Translations under genes and position numbers: made by a program
In this document: piece after piece, positions 9,051-17,018 of the stretch
Numbering within the stretch: the stretch's first letter is position 1
How the letters are laid out: each line of letters starts with the position of its first letter
The notes under the pieces: generated by a model
Seen by the model: only the letters and a program-made list of their open reading frames with translations
What the model was told of the DNA's origin: nothing
Database searches by the model: none
Virus record (IMG/VR): IMGVR_UViG_3300017963_000239
Span: 1-64,000 of that record
DNA length: 64,000 nucleotides
Source of the DNA: a virus
Strand: one strand, 5' to 3'

Positions 9051-10949
9051 ATGGACGCGGAGACTTTGGGTCCTGCCGAAAGGATCATCAACACAGTGCT
9101 AACCTACCAGGACCATCTCTGGCACAACCGTCCGGGGTTCGTCGTGACGGACAACTCGGCGGTGGGCGTCAAGTGGCAGCCGGTGACCACGAAGGACGAG
9201 GACGGCAAGAAGGTCGTCTATCAGGTCCACAAGCGTGGTAAGCGGCGCACTCGGACGAAGCTCGGCACGCTCTGGGCCGACAACACCATTCGGGACGAGA
9301 ACCGACGCAAGATCGGCGAGTACCGACCGGCGGGGCTTTTCCCTGAGGTGGCGACCTGGATGTACAAGCAGGTGGCCGACGTCTGGAGGATGGACAACGA
9401 GTTCGCCGCGCGGTGGGCGTCGTACCAGTTTCCTCAGGACCACAAAGACATGAAGGTCGTGCTTGCGGCGTTCATGCTGGTCCAGTCGCGGAAGGGCGAC
9501 CCCGTTCGAGAGGACGGGCAGGTCTTGTTCCACGACGACGACTTCCGGGAGGTCGGGGAGGCCATGTGTCTCATCCACCGCAGGGACAAGAAGGGCATCG
9601 ACCCGAAGATGCTGGCGCGGATTCGGGACGTGTTGGAGGTTCCTGCCATCGCGGAGCTGAACCGCGAGCTGGGGTTCGGGCGCTCCACGCGCACGCCGTT
9701 CTTGGGCCGTTGGCCGAAGGCGGTTCGGGCGTGGCTCCGATTCCGGGAGGAGAACCTGCCGGTGTTGGAGGGCTTGGTGAACAGTGGTCAGCGCAACATC
9801 GCGCGGAAGCTCGCGAAGGCTGTGGGCTACAAGCCTCAGTCCCCGAAGTTCTTCGAGGTGTTGGGCTGGACGCAGAGCCAGGCCAAGGATGGTCGCAGGA
9901 AGATCGCTCTCGGGCAGGACTTCTCGGGTACGGAAACTTGGGAAGGACTGAGCGAGCAGGAGATCTGCGAGCTGATCATGCGCGAGAAGACCAACTACAA
10001 GCGCATCGTCGGTCTGCTCCCGAAGGACGTGGGGCTGACTCGGGCCATCATGGCTGCGGCTGTGGAGGCGGGCTCCTTGTCCGACAAGGATCTGATCATC
10101 CAGGCGCCGACCCTGGAGGACTTGGGCTTGCTGAAGGTCCAGGAAATCAAGGAGCGGTGGGAGGCGGCCATGAGCCGTGCCGAGGACATGCGGGCGGCGA
10201 ACATCGCAGCTCGGATGCGTACCAAGGAGGGGCGCGAGAAGATGGAGGCCGCGGCCGACACTGCCTTGCAGCAGGCGGCTGAGGAAGAGATGAAGAACCT
10301 TCGGATCTACTTCATCGTCGACCGCTCCGGTTCGATGGACGACTGCATCGAGCGCGCCAAGAGCCACTTGAAGCGGTTCCTGCAGGGCTTCCCGCCGGAC
10401 CGCATCCACGTTTCGCACTTCAACACGGTGGGGCGTGAGGTGGAGATCAAGCACGCTTCCGCAGCGGGCGTCGAGCAAGCCTTCCTAGGCATCCAGGCCA
10501 CGGGTGGGACGAACTACGGCGCCGGCATTCGGGTGCTGCAGCACCGGCCCCCGAAGGACGACGAGGATACGCTGATGATCTTCGTCGGCGATGAGAAGGC
10601 GCACTCCTTCACGCACGACGTGCAGGTGTCGGGTCTGCGCCCCATGGCGTTCGGCTTCATCAAGGTGGAGTCGAACTGGGGCATGGCGGGTCGAGCTGTG
10701 CAGGACACGGCGAGGGAGCTGGGTATCCCCTGCTTCATGATCGAGGAGAGCACGTTCGGCGAGCCTGGCGAAGACCTGGACCCCTATGTCATTCCTCGGA
10801 CGATCCGGAATCTCGTCGCGGTTACTCCGGTCGGGCAGTACCACGGCGTGCAGCGCGTTGCGCCGCGGGTCACGCTGGTCGACCGCATCATGAAGACCGA
10901 CCTGCTCCACAAGCCTGTCTGGGCCACGGAGCTGTCGTCGGCAGCGTGA
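9051..10949 (+). CDS. vWA-domain protein, possibly Ro60/TROVE-like
   Basis: C-terminal MIDAS DRSGSM..GGT..VGDE; long basic helical N-terminal region. Confidence 0.7.
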   Translation: MDAETLGPAERIINTVLTYQDHLWHNRPGFVVTDNSAVGVKWQPVTTKDEDGKKVVYQVHKRGKRRTRTKLGTLWADNTIRDENRRKIGEYRPAGLFPEVATWMYKQVADVWRMDNEFAARWASYQFPQDHKDMKVVLAAFMLVQSRKGDPVREDGQVLFHDDDFREVGEAMCLIHRRDKKGIDPKMLARIRDVLEVPAIAELNRELGFGRSTRTPFLGRWPKAVRAWLRFREENLPVLEGLVNSGQRNIARKLAKAVGYKPQSPKFFEVLGWTQSQAKDGRRKIALGQDFSGTETWEGLSEQEICELIMREKTNYKRIVGLLPKDVGLTRAIMAAAVEAGSLSDKDLIIQAPTLEDLGLLKVQEIKERWEAAMSRAEDMRAANIAARMRTKEGREKMEAAADTALQQAAEEEMKNLRIYFIVDRSGSMDDCIERAKSHLKRFLQGFPPDRIHVSHFNTVGREVEIKHASAAGVEQAFLGIQATGGTNYGAGIRVLQHRPPKDDEDTLMIFVGDEKAHSFTHDVQVSGLRPMAFGFIKVESNWGMAGRAVQDTARELGIPCFMIEESTFGEPGEDLDPYVIPRTIRNLVAVTPVGQYHGVQRVAPRVTLVDRIMKTDLLHKPVWATELSSAA

Positions 10950-10957
10950 GGTGAACC

Positions 10958-11878
10958 ATGGGTTGGAGAGATCTGCTTCAGGCCGATGACGAGACCGTCG
11001 TCTCGGCGTGGGTCGGGGGCAGGACTCTCCGTACCCGAAACCGCACGTGGACCATCGAGGGGCGCCTCCCACCGGAGCACGGCTGGCACTCTTTCAGCAT
11101 CACGGGCCGAAAGGCCCGCTGGAAGGAGCCGACCAACGCTCCGATGGAGGTGCTTTTCGATCTGCAGCGCGGCTACCTCGTCGGGGACCGCCTCGTGGCG
11201 GACAACGTAGAGGTCGAGCTGGACCCCGCGAAGCTCGCGCAGCGCTTCGAGCGCGTGCACTTGGTGGAGGAAGGCTTGGACCGCTTCGCCCGCATCGCTG
11301 CGGGGCGCGTCTGTGACGATGGACCGCTCATCTACGAGGGGCCGGACATGCCGCTCGGCCCGGAGGACGACGTACTTCAGGCATTCCTGGACCGGAAAGG
11401 CACCGTAGACGCCGTTTCGGGGGTTCCCCCTGCTCTGGACGCGGCCTTCCGGTTCGAGTCCTGGCAGCGCTCTGAGGCCGAAAGACGGCGCCGTGAGGAG
11501 CGGGAGCGTCGGGAGCGAGAAGAGCGCCGCAGGCGCATCATGGAGCAGGTCGGCAGCGCAGCCGGTCGGAGGGCCATGGCGCGCGAGGACTTTGGCGAGG
11601 CTGCTCGGGCAGCGCTCGCGATGGGCAACGCCGAGTACTTGGATCATCGGCGAGCTGTAGGACGGAACGAGATGATCGTGCGGTTCCGTATAAACAGGCG
11701 GCGCTTCGAGTGCACCTGCGACGCGGAGACTCTGCGCATCATCGACTCGGGCATCTGCCTGACGAGTCATGACACCGGAAAGCAGTACGACAACTACTTC
11801 ACGTTGGAGTCGTTGCCTGGGGTCATTGAGGACGCGGAGCGTCAGGGCGTGCTCGTGGTGTTCCGCCACGTCGACTAG
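10958..11878 (+). CDS. putative divergent E2-like (Ubl-conjugating) protein
   Basis: C-terminal IIDSGICL resembles E2 G-x-ICL active site; operon context with JAB/Ubl/E1. Confidence 0.45.
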   Translation: MGWRDLLQADDETVVSAWVGGRTLRTRNRTWTIEGRLPPEHGWHSFSITGRKARWKEPTNAPMEVLFDLQRGYLVGDRLVADNVEVELDPAKLAQRFERVHLVEEGLDRFARIAAGRVCDDGPLIYEGPDMPLGPEDDVLQAFLDRKGTVDAVSGVPPALDAAFRFESWQRSEAERRRREERERREREERRRRIMEQVGSAAGRRAMAREDFGEAARAALAMGNAEYLDHRRAVGRNEMIVRFRINRRRFECTCDAETLRIIDSGICLTSHDTGKQYDNYFTLESLPGVIEDAERQGVLVVFRHVD

Positions 11879-11890
11879 GAGCTGAGAGAG

Positions 11891-12514
11891 ATGCACACGA
11901 CGAAGTTCGAGCTGGCGGACGGCCGTGGGGTCACTGTCGCCCACAACGGAGACTGGTCTGGGGACGCAGAGGTTACGTGGACGGAGAAGAACGGCAAGCG
12001 GGCGTGCACGATGGTGCCGGCCGACGTGCTTCTCCAGGTTGGGAACCAGGCGGCGTTCGAGGCCCTGAAGGGGAAGCTCATCAGCTTCATCGAAGATCTG
12101 GAGTGGGAGGAAGAGCCCGAACCGGTCAGGAAGGGGAACGACATGGAAGCTGGAGTGGTTCTCGGGCCGGGCGGCGAGCCGATCTATTGGCACGTTCCTT
12201 CCGACCGCCAAGTGGCGCACATTCCTGACAGCCAAGTGCTGTGGGATGTGTTCTTCAAGTACAAGGAGACGATGACGGGCTTCGCGCACAGTCATCCGGG
12301 CAGTGGGTCCCCGCTTCCGTCCCACATGGACTTGACCACCTTTGCTGCCAACGAAGTAGGACTCGGGAAGCGGTACGATTGGTGGATCGTCACCGGGAGC
12401 GCCGTAGGGCTCGTCCGGTGGAGGGGGCCGAAGAGGCTCGACTACGAAGTGTGGGCTCTGCTGTCTGAGGAGCCGGCATGGGTGAACGAGCTTCGAAGGG
12501 TTTCAACAGGCTGA
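11891..12514 (+). CDS. JAB/JAMM metalloprotease
   Basis: E...HSHP..PSHMD JAMM motif; JAB domain starts near ATG 12143. Confidence 0.8.
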   Translation: MHTTKFELADGRGVTVAHNGDWSGDAEVTWTEKNGKRACTMVPADVLLQVGNQAAFEALKGKLISFIEDLEWEEEPEPVRKGNDMEAGVVLGPGGEPIYWHVPSDRQVAHIPDSQVLWDVFFKYKETMTGFAHSHPGSGSPLPSHMDLTTFAANEVGLGKRYDWWIVTGSAVGLVRWRGPKRLDYEVWALLSEEPAWVNELRRVSTG

Positions 12515-12531
12515 CAGGAGTGGAGGTTGAG

Positions 12532-12858
12532 ATGGTACAGCGAATGCCAGGTGAAGATGGTGACGGAGCGGTCGAGCAGATCATGGACGCCGTGAACGTC
12601 GCACCACAGGACAACGAGGCCGTGTTGGAGATCACCTACGGTGGTCAGCAGGGCACTTTGACCGACCCGGTTCCGTGGGACGCTGCGGACGGCGACTTGA
12701 AGCAGTGGGCGACGGAGGCGTTGCAGGCTGGGGGCATCCCTGGTTTGGACGCCACGCCGGACGCGGACTTCACGGACTTCGTCGTCCACAAGTTCTCCGC
12801 GAAGGACGGCCTGCCCAACAGGGTCGTACTGAGACCCAAAACGGAATACGGGTATTGA
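12532..12858 (+). CDS. ubiquitin-like (beta-grasp) protein
   Basis: Small protein ending LRPKTEYG-Y, between JAB and E1; GGAGG RBS. Confidence 0.6.
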   Translation: MVQRMPGEDGDGAVEQIMDAVNVAPQDNEAVLEITYGGQQGTLTDPVPWDAADGDLKQWATEALQAGGIPGLDATPDADFTDFVVHKFSAKDGLPNRVVLRPKTEYGY

Positions 12859-12891
12859 CCGAATACAGTGTTTGGTTCTACAATACCAAAC

Positions 12892-13818
12892 ATGGTTGAG
12901 GTTGATGTTCGGGCTTTGGCGGAGGGTTATCAGGACGGAGCGAGCGCGAAGAAGCTGGCACGCCAGCACGGTGTGTCGGTTTGGACCGTGCTCGCCCGTC
13001 TGAGGTCCGCTGGAGTGGAGATACGCCCGAGACAGCCCGAGAAGCGTTTGGATCTTCCGAAGCCCGACCACTCGCTTTTGGTCGAGATTGTTGACGGCCT
13101 TCTTCTCGGTGATGGCAGTATTGATCGAAAGGGGGCTCTTCGATTGGAGCAAGCCCGCGACACTACGGGGTGGTTGTACGAGGTGCAGGGGCTCTTGAGA
13201 GCTGTTCGGTGTTCGTCTAGGATCGTTCCTATTCCTCCGAGGGAAAGGCGCATAGAGGATCGTGTGGTGAGATCTTCGGGAGGCGCATTGCTTTACACCC
13301 CGTGCTACGTCGAGTTGAAGAAACAGCGCGCACGGTGGTATCCGAAGGGGGAGAAGCGCGTTCCAAAGGGCATCAAGATGTCTCCGATGGTGCTAGCTCA
13401 GTGGTTGGCCGGGGACGGTACATACGACCATTCGGGGCGCCTACGTTTCTGCACTGATGGATTCAGGCGCGAGGATGTGGACCTTCTCATTCGTGCCCTG
13501 GGGGTGGTTGGGCTACAGGCAACCAGGGCGGCGAGGCCGCGACCGGGCCAGTACCACGTCAACGTGGATCGCCTGGACGAAGCTGTGAAGGTTAAGGCCA
13601 TGATCGAGGACTTGGTTCCTGCGTGCTTCCGATACAAGCTCTCCTACGTGCGACCACCTATTCGGAAGCCTGGGAGGAAGCTGACCGACGAGCAGGTCTT
13701 GGAGATTAGAGAGCGGGCAGAGCAGGGTGAGTCCAAGGCTGCGCTGGCAGAACGCTTCGGTGTGTCCGACACGGCTGCCGGAAACATCGTTAAAAGACGA
13801 ACGTACAAGGATCTGTGA
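12892..13818 (+). CDS. LAGLIDADG homing endonuclease with HTH extensions
   Basis: GLLLGDGSI and QWLAGDG motifs; atypical codon usage. Confidence 0.85.
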   Translation: MVEVDVRALAEGYQDGASAKKLARQHGVSVWTVLARLRSAGVEIRPRQPEKRLDLPKPDHSLLVEIVDGLLLGDGSIDRKGALRLEQARDTTGWLYEVQGLLRAVRCSSRIVPIPPRERRIEDRVVRSSGGALLYTPCYVELKKQRARWYPKGEKRVPKGIKMSPMVLAQWLAGDGTYDHSGRLRFCTDGFRREDVDLLIRALGVVGLQATRAARPRPGQYHVNVDRLDEAVKVKAMIEDLVPACFRYKLSYVRPPIRKPGRKLTDEQVLEIRERAEQGESKAALAERFGVSDTAAGNIVKRRTYKDL

Positions 13819-13826
13819 GGATACCG

Positions 13827-14402
13827 ATGGCACGAGTAGTAGTAGTTGGAGTTGGTGCTTTGGGTTCCCACGTGGTGCAGTACCTGCGCAACGTGGCCGA
13901 TGAGATCGTGGTGATTGATCACGATAGGGTCGAGCGCAAGAACGTGCTGTCGCAGTTCCACGGCAAGGGCACGGTAGGCAAGTCGAAGGTCCAGGCGATC
14001 CAACAGTCGATGAACTTCATGTTCGGTGTGAAGGTCCACACGGTCCCTCACAAGCTCGTGGAGGACAACGCCGAGCAGTTGCTCGGGGGTGCAGACCTCG
14101 TGTTGGACTGCTTGGACAACGGAGAGTCCCGAGCTGTCGTGCAGCGCTACGTCCGTGAGGCCGGTACGCCGTGCTTGCACGGAGCGCTCGACGCGAACGG
14201 CACTTTCGGACAGGTCATGTGGGACGACGAGTTCCACATCGACTACGAGACGACGCGCGGAGGAGCTACCTGCGAGAACGGAGAGCACTTGCCCTTCATC
14301 TCGATGGTGTCCGCTTTCCTGGCGCGCGCCGCACAAGCGTTCCTGACGCAAGGCAAGCAGATTGGGTTCCTCGTCTATCTGGACGGGGCCAAGCGAGTCT
14401 GA
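13827..14402 (+). CDS. E1/ThiF-family adenylyltransferase
   Basis: VVVGVGALGS, IDHDRVERKN..Q, GKSKV, DLVLDCLDN, ATCE. Confidence 0.88.
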   Translation: MARVVVVGVGALGSHVVQYLRNVADEIVVIDHDRVERKNVLSQFHGKGTVGKSKVQAIQQSMNFMFGVKVHTVPHKLVEDNAEQLLGGADLVLDCLDNGESRAVVQRYVREAGTPCLHGALDANGTFGQVMWDDEFHIDYETTRGGATCENGEHLPFISMVSAFLARAAQAFLTQGKQIGFLVYLDGAKRV

Positions 14403-14455
14403 GGACCATGATCGTAGTAGCTGGGCGCGGTCGTGCAGATTCGTGTGGAAAGAGG

Positions 14456-14484
14456 TTGACGAGTCAACCTCTACCTGATACCTT
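14456..14484 (+). promoter_or_regulatory. promoter upstream of tRNA-mimic cluster
   Basis: TTGACG-17 nt-TACCTT with TG extension. Confidence 0.55.
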
Positions 14485-14513
14485 GCTAGATGCGTCGGGC
14501 TAGCCCGGCACTT

Positions 14514-14625
14514 GGGGTCTTGAGAAGTTCGGTTCTCATTATCTGGGATTGCCCCTCGGCCTCGTCACACAGGCCAACCAGTACTTCCCCACACGCTTGG
14601 GGGTTCGATTCCCCCAGACCCCGCC
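14514..14625 (+). ncRNA. tRNA-like RNA whose anticodon arm is replaced by a CTCGG/CCAAC hairpin
   Basis: GGGGTCT/AGACCCC acceptor, D-like hairpin, T arm GGGGGTTCGATTCCCCC, central CCTCGGCCT-CGTCACAC-AGGCCAAC. Confidence 0.7.
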
Positions 14626-14630
14626 GATTA

Positions 14631-14773
14631 GTGACCAACGGATCAGATCGTACATGCAACGTATGCGGGTTCGAGTCCCGTCACTTCCGCCAAACTGGAA
14701 ATGAAGCCCGACTGGTAGGGCACTAGCCTCGAAAGCTAGCACAACGCTAACCCCGGTCTCCTCACTCGGTCAC
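14631..14773 (+). ncRNA. circularly permuted tRNA-Ser(CGA)-like RNA with CCAAC/CTCGG stem
   Basis: T arm, CACTTCC-G-CCA, GGAAATG, D arm, anticodon arm loop CTCGAAA; closed by GTGACC/GGTCAC. Confidence 0.78.
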
Positions 14774-14784
14774 AAGTCGAATCT

Positions 14785-14933
14785 GCCCCTTTGGGAGAGT
14801 GATACTCCGCTTGCTACCCTCCAGCTCTTGCCACTCCCCTCATTGGAGGGACCGGGCAAGTGCTCACAAGCCGCCCAAGTATTGGGCACCATCTCCGCAA
14901 GAGATCCGTGGTTTGATTCCACGAAGGGGCTCC
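14785..14933 (+). ncRNA. tRNA-like RNA with greatly extended anticodon arm
   Basis: GCCCCTT/AAGGGGC acceptor, T-like arm CGTGGTTTGATTCCACG; shares TGCTCACAAGC with 15077 element. Confidence 0.5.
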
Positions 14934-14939
14934 GGTCAA

Positions 14940-15062
14940 GTCGACCAACTTGAAAGTGCTAACACGCAATTCGCCCAGTGGTAGGGCGTCAACCTGCTAA
15001 GTTGAAAGTCACTGGTTCAAATCCAGTATTGCATTCCAATTCAGCACCTCACCTCGGACGAC
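14940..15062 (+). ncRNA. tRNA(GCT)-like cloverleaf embedded in CCAAC/CTCGG stem
   Basis: D, anticodon (CTGCTAA) and T arms within GTCGACCAAC...CTCGGACGAC. Confidence 0.72.
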
Positions 15063-15076
15063 ACGACCAACCTTTC

Positions 15077-15192
15077 GGGCCGCTGGAATTTTGGTTCCAA
15101 ACCTTTACCCAGCATAGCTCCTCGGCCCCGTCACACGGGCCAACACGCGTTGCTCACAAGCACTCCGAGTTCGACTCTCGGGCGGTCCACCA
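15077..15192 (+). ncRNA. tRNA-like RNA whose anticodon arm is replaced by a CTCGG/CCAAC hairpin
   Basis: GGGCCGC/GCGGTCC-A-CCA, T arm, central CCTCGGCCC-CGTCACAC-GGGCCAAC. Confidence 0.72.
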
Positions 15193-15207
15193 GATACAAT
15201 AACCTTT

Positions 15208-15720
15208 GTGAACGAGGAGACTAGAACCTGCAAGGACTGTGGTAAGTCCAAACCGATCAAGTCGTTCAAGCCTACTGGGAGGGGCGGCTATCGACGGCGC
15301 GTTTGCTATCCTTGCTACCGAGCTAGGGAGGATAAGAGAAACCCAGCCTACAAGCTGGAGCGCCAGCGTCGCTACAGGGCGAACAACCCCGTAACCAGCA
15401 TCTTGTGGGACTGTAGGCAGTCGGATAGGAAACGAGGGTTCAGCGGGAACGACTTGGACAAGGAGTTCATCGCAGAGAAGATTTCAGAGGGTTGCCTGTA
15501 CTGCGGAGAGCGAAGCATCAGGATGACCCTAGATAGGATCGACAACGAGAAGCCGCACGACAAAAGCAACGTCGCCCCCTGTTGCATTCGCTGCAACTAT
15601 TTGAAGGGGTCGATGCCTTACGAGGCTTGGTTGCACATCGTTCCTGCGGTTCGAGAAGCGAGTGAGTTAGGGCTGTTCGGATCTTGGCGTTCGGAGCCCA
15701 TCTCGAAAAAGGGACCGTAG
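15208..15720 (+). CDS. HNH-type endonuclease
   Basis: CKDC..CYPC, CLYC..LDRIDN..H..NVAPCCIRCN. Confidence 0.8.
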   Translation: MNEETRTCKDCGKSKPIKSFKPTGRGGYRRRVCYPCYRAREDKRNPAYKLERQRRYRANNPVTSILWDCRQSDRKRGFSGNDLDKEFIAEKISEGCLYCGERSIRMTLDRIDNEKPHDKSNVAPCCIRCNYLKGSMPYEAWLHIVPAVREASELGLFGSWRSEPISKKGP

Positions 15721-15737
15721 TCATCTACGGGGCACGG

Positions 15738-15764
15738 GCGGTTCGAGGCCGCAGCGGTCCACCA
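15738..15764 (+). pseudogene. orphan T arm and acceptor 3' end matching the 15077 RNA
   Basis: GCGGTTCGAGGCCGC-A-GCGGTCCACCA; same terminal 11 nt as 15182-15192. Confidence 0.7.
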
Positions 15765-15765
15765 A

Positions 15766-15933
15766 GGCATCCAACAGATCAAGTCATACATGCATCCTCG
15801 AAAGAGGGCTCCAGGTTCGAGTCCTGGCTCCGCGACCAGCCCGCAAGGGCTACAAACCGCGGAGTGGCGGAATGGTAGACGCACTTGTGTTTGGAACAAG
15901 CAAAACGCTTTCTGGCCTGTTCACTCGGATGCC
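15766..15933 (+). ncRNA. circularly permuted class-II tRNA-like RNA with CCAAC/CTCGG stem
   Basis: Variable arm, T arm, CTCCGCG-A-CCA, hairpin, CGCGGAG, Leu-type D arm, anticodon arm loop GTTTGGA; closed by GGCATCC/GGATGCC. Confidence 0.78.
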
Positions 15934-15994
15934 CTATCTCTGGTTCCCCTGATTGGCAGGGCTCGCTGGGTTCGACTCCCAGGTGCCGGACCAA

Positions 15995-16224
15995 GACAGC
16001 CAACTGGTGAGATCACACACGCACTGGTTTAGCGCTTGACTGAATATCAAGAGTACGTTGGTTCGAGACCAACCCCTCCCGCTCTGCTTCGGACTGCACG
16101 AAGGTTCCGCTGATCCCCGGTAAGACGGCCATGACGCCGGGGCTAGGTAACCATGGCCAGCAGTCCGGAGTGGAGCGGGAGGGTAGCTGAGAAATCGCAA
16201 CTCTGGTCCCTCCCCTCGGCTGTC
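15995..16224 (+). ncRNA. circularly permuted tRNA-Phe(GAA)-like RNA opened in the D loop
   Basis: 3' D strand, loop CTGAATA, T arm, CCCTCCC, long linker, GGGAGGG-TAGCT; closed by GACAGCC/GGCTGTC. Confidence 0.72.
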
Positions 16225-16285
16225 CTGATTTTTCGTACACGGTGGAGTCTTAGGACTCCTGCTCTATCCGTGATACAGTGTCTGT

Positions 16286-16834
16286 GTGGCGGCGAAGAAG
16301 AAGCTCCCGTACCAACCGAATTGGGAGAGGACGTCTACCAGCACGGGCTACAAGGTAGTTCATTGCCCCGACCACCCGAGAGCGTGGAGCACCGGGTACG
16401 TGTACGTGCACGTCGTGGTCATGGAGGCGAAGCTGGGGCGCTTGTTGAGACGTGGAGAGGTGGTTCACCACGACAACGAGGACCGGTTGGACAACGATCC
16501 AGACAACCTGGTGCTGACGTCGAAGGTAGGGCACGGCAAGGAGCACGCGAGGCCGCAGAGACAAGTAGGTTTGACCTGCGCTAACTGCGGCAAGAAGTTC
16601 AAGAGACGTCTGGGCCAAGAGCCCTCCAAGAAAGGAGCCAAGAGGGCGTTCTGTTCGCGGCGCTGCAACGGGTTGGCAAACGGCTTCAAGGGAAACCACG
16701 GGGTTCGACATGGGACACTCGTGGCCTACAACTACAGGGGTTGTCGCTGCTCGTTGTGCAAGGAAGCCAAATCTCGGTACTATCGATCAAGAAAGAAAGC
16801 CCTCGACGCCGATGGACGGCATCCGGATTCCTAA
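16286..16834 (+). CDS. HNH homing-type endonuclease
   Basis: VHVVVME..EVVHHDNEDRLDN..NL, HGT..CRCSLC; stop lies in anticodon loop of tRNA-Arg(CCT). Confidence 0.88.
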   Translation: MAAKKKLPYQPNWERTSTSTGYKVVHCPDHPRAWSTGYVYVHVVVMEAKLGRLLRRGEVVHHDNEDRLDNDPDNLVLTSKVGHGKEHARPQRQVGLTCANCGKKFKRRLGQEPSKKGAKRAFCSRRCNGLANGFKGNHGVRHGTLVAYNYRGCRCSLCKEAKSRYYRSRKKALDADGRHPDS

Positions 16835-16872
16835 TCCGGTCGGTGCAGGTTCGATTCCTGCCGGGGGTGCCA
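16799..16872 (+). tRNA. tRNA-Arg(CCT), atypical D arm
   Basis: Loop TTCCTAA, T arm, CCA. Confidence 0.8.
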
Positions 16873-16900
16873 GACGGAGCATATTGTGCTAGCGTCTTGA

Positions 16901-16978
16901 TGCGGCGTGGAGCAGTCAGGTAGCTCGCAAGGCTCATAACCTTGAGGTCGTAGGTTCAAATCCTACCGCTCGCAACCA
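16901..16978 (+). tRNA. tRNA-Met(CAT), initiator-like
   Basis: TGGAGCAG..GGTAGCTCG D arm, loop CTCATAA, CCA. Confidence 0.85.
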
Positions 16979-16983
16979 CCTAG

Positions 16984-17012
16984 TTGACAATCCGCTGACC
17001 ACATAATATGAT
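16984..17012 (+). promoter_or_regulatory. TTGACAATC-type promoter, leaderless GTG 6 nt downstream
   Basis: TTGACA-17 nt-TATGAT. Confidence 0.65.
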
Positions 17013-17018
17013 GGCGGC

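Noticed and set aside
9099-12325. Long minus-strand ORFs (also 18666-20105, 41334-42713, 55199-56338)
   Set aside because: Shadow frames of real GC-rich genes on the plus strand
15939-15993. Minimal D-armless tRNA-like unit ending ACCA
   Set aside because: T arm is clear but acceptor pairing is poor; identity cannot be supported
14514-16224. CRISPR array or simple repeats
   Set aside because: Shared motif is only 5+5 nt with covarying stems, no constant repeats or cas genes
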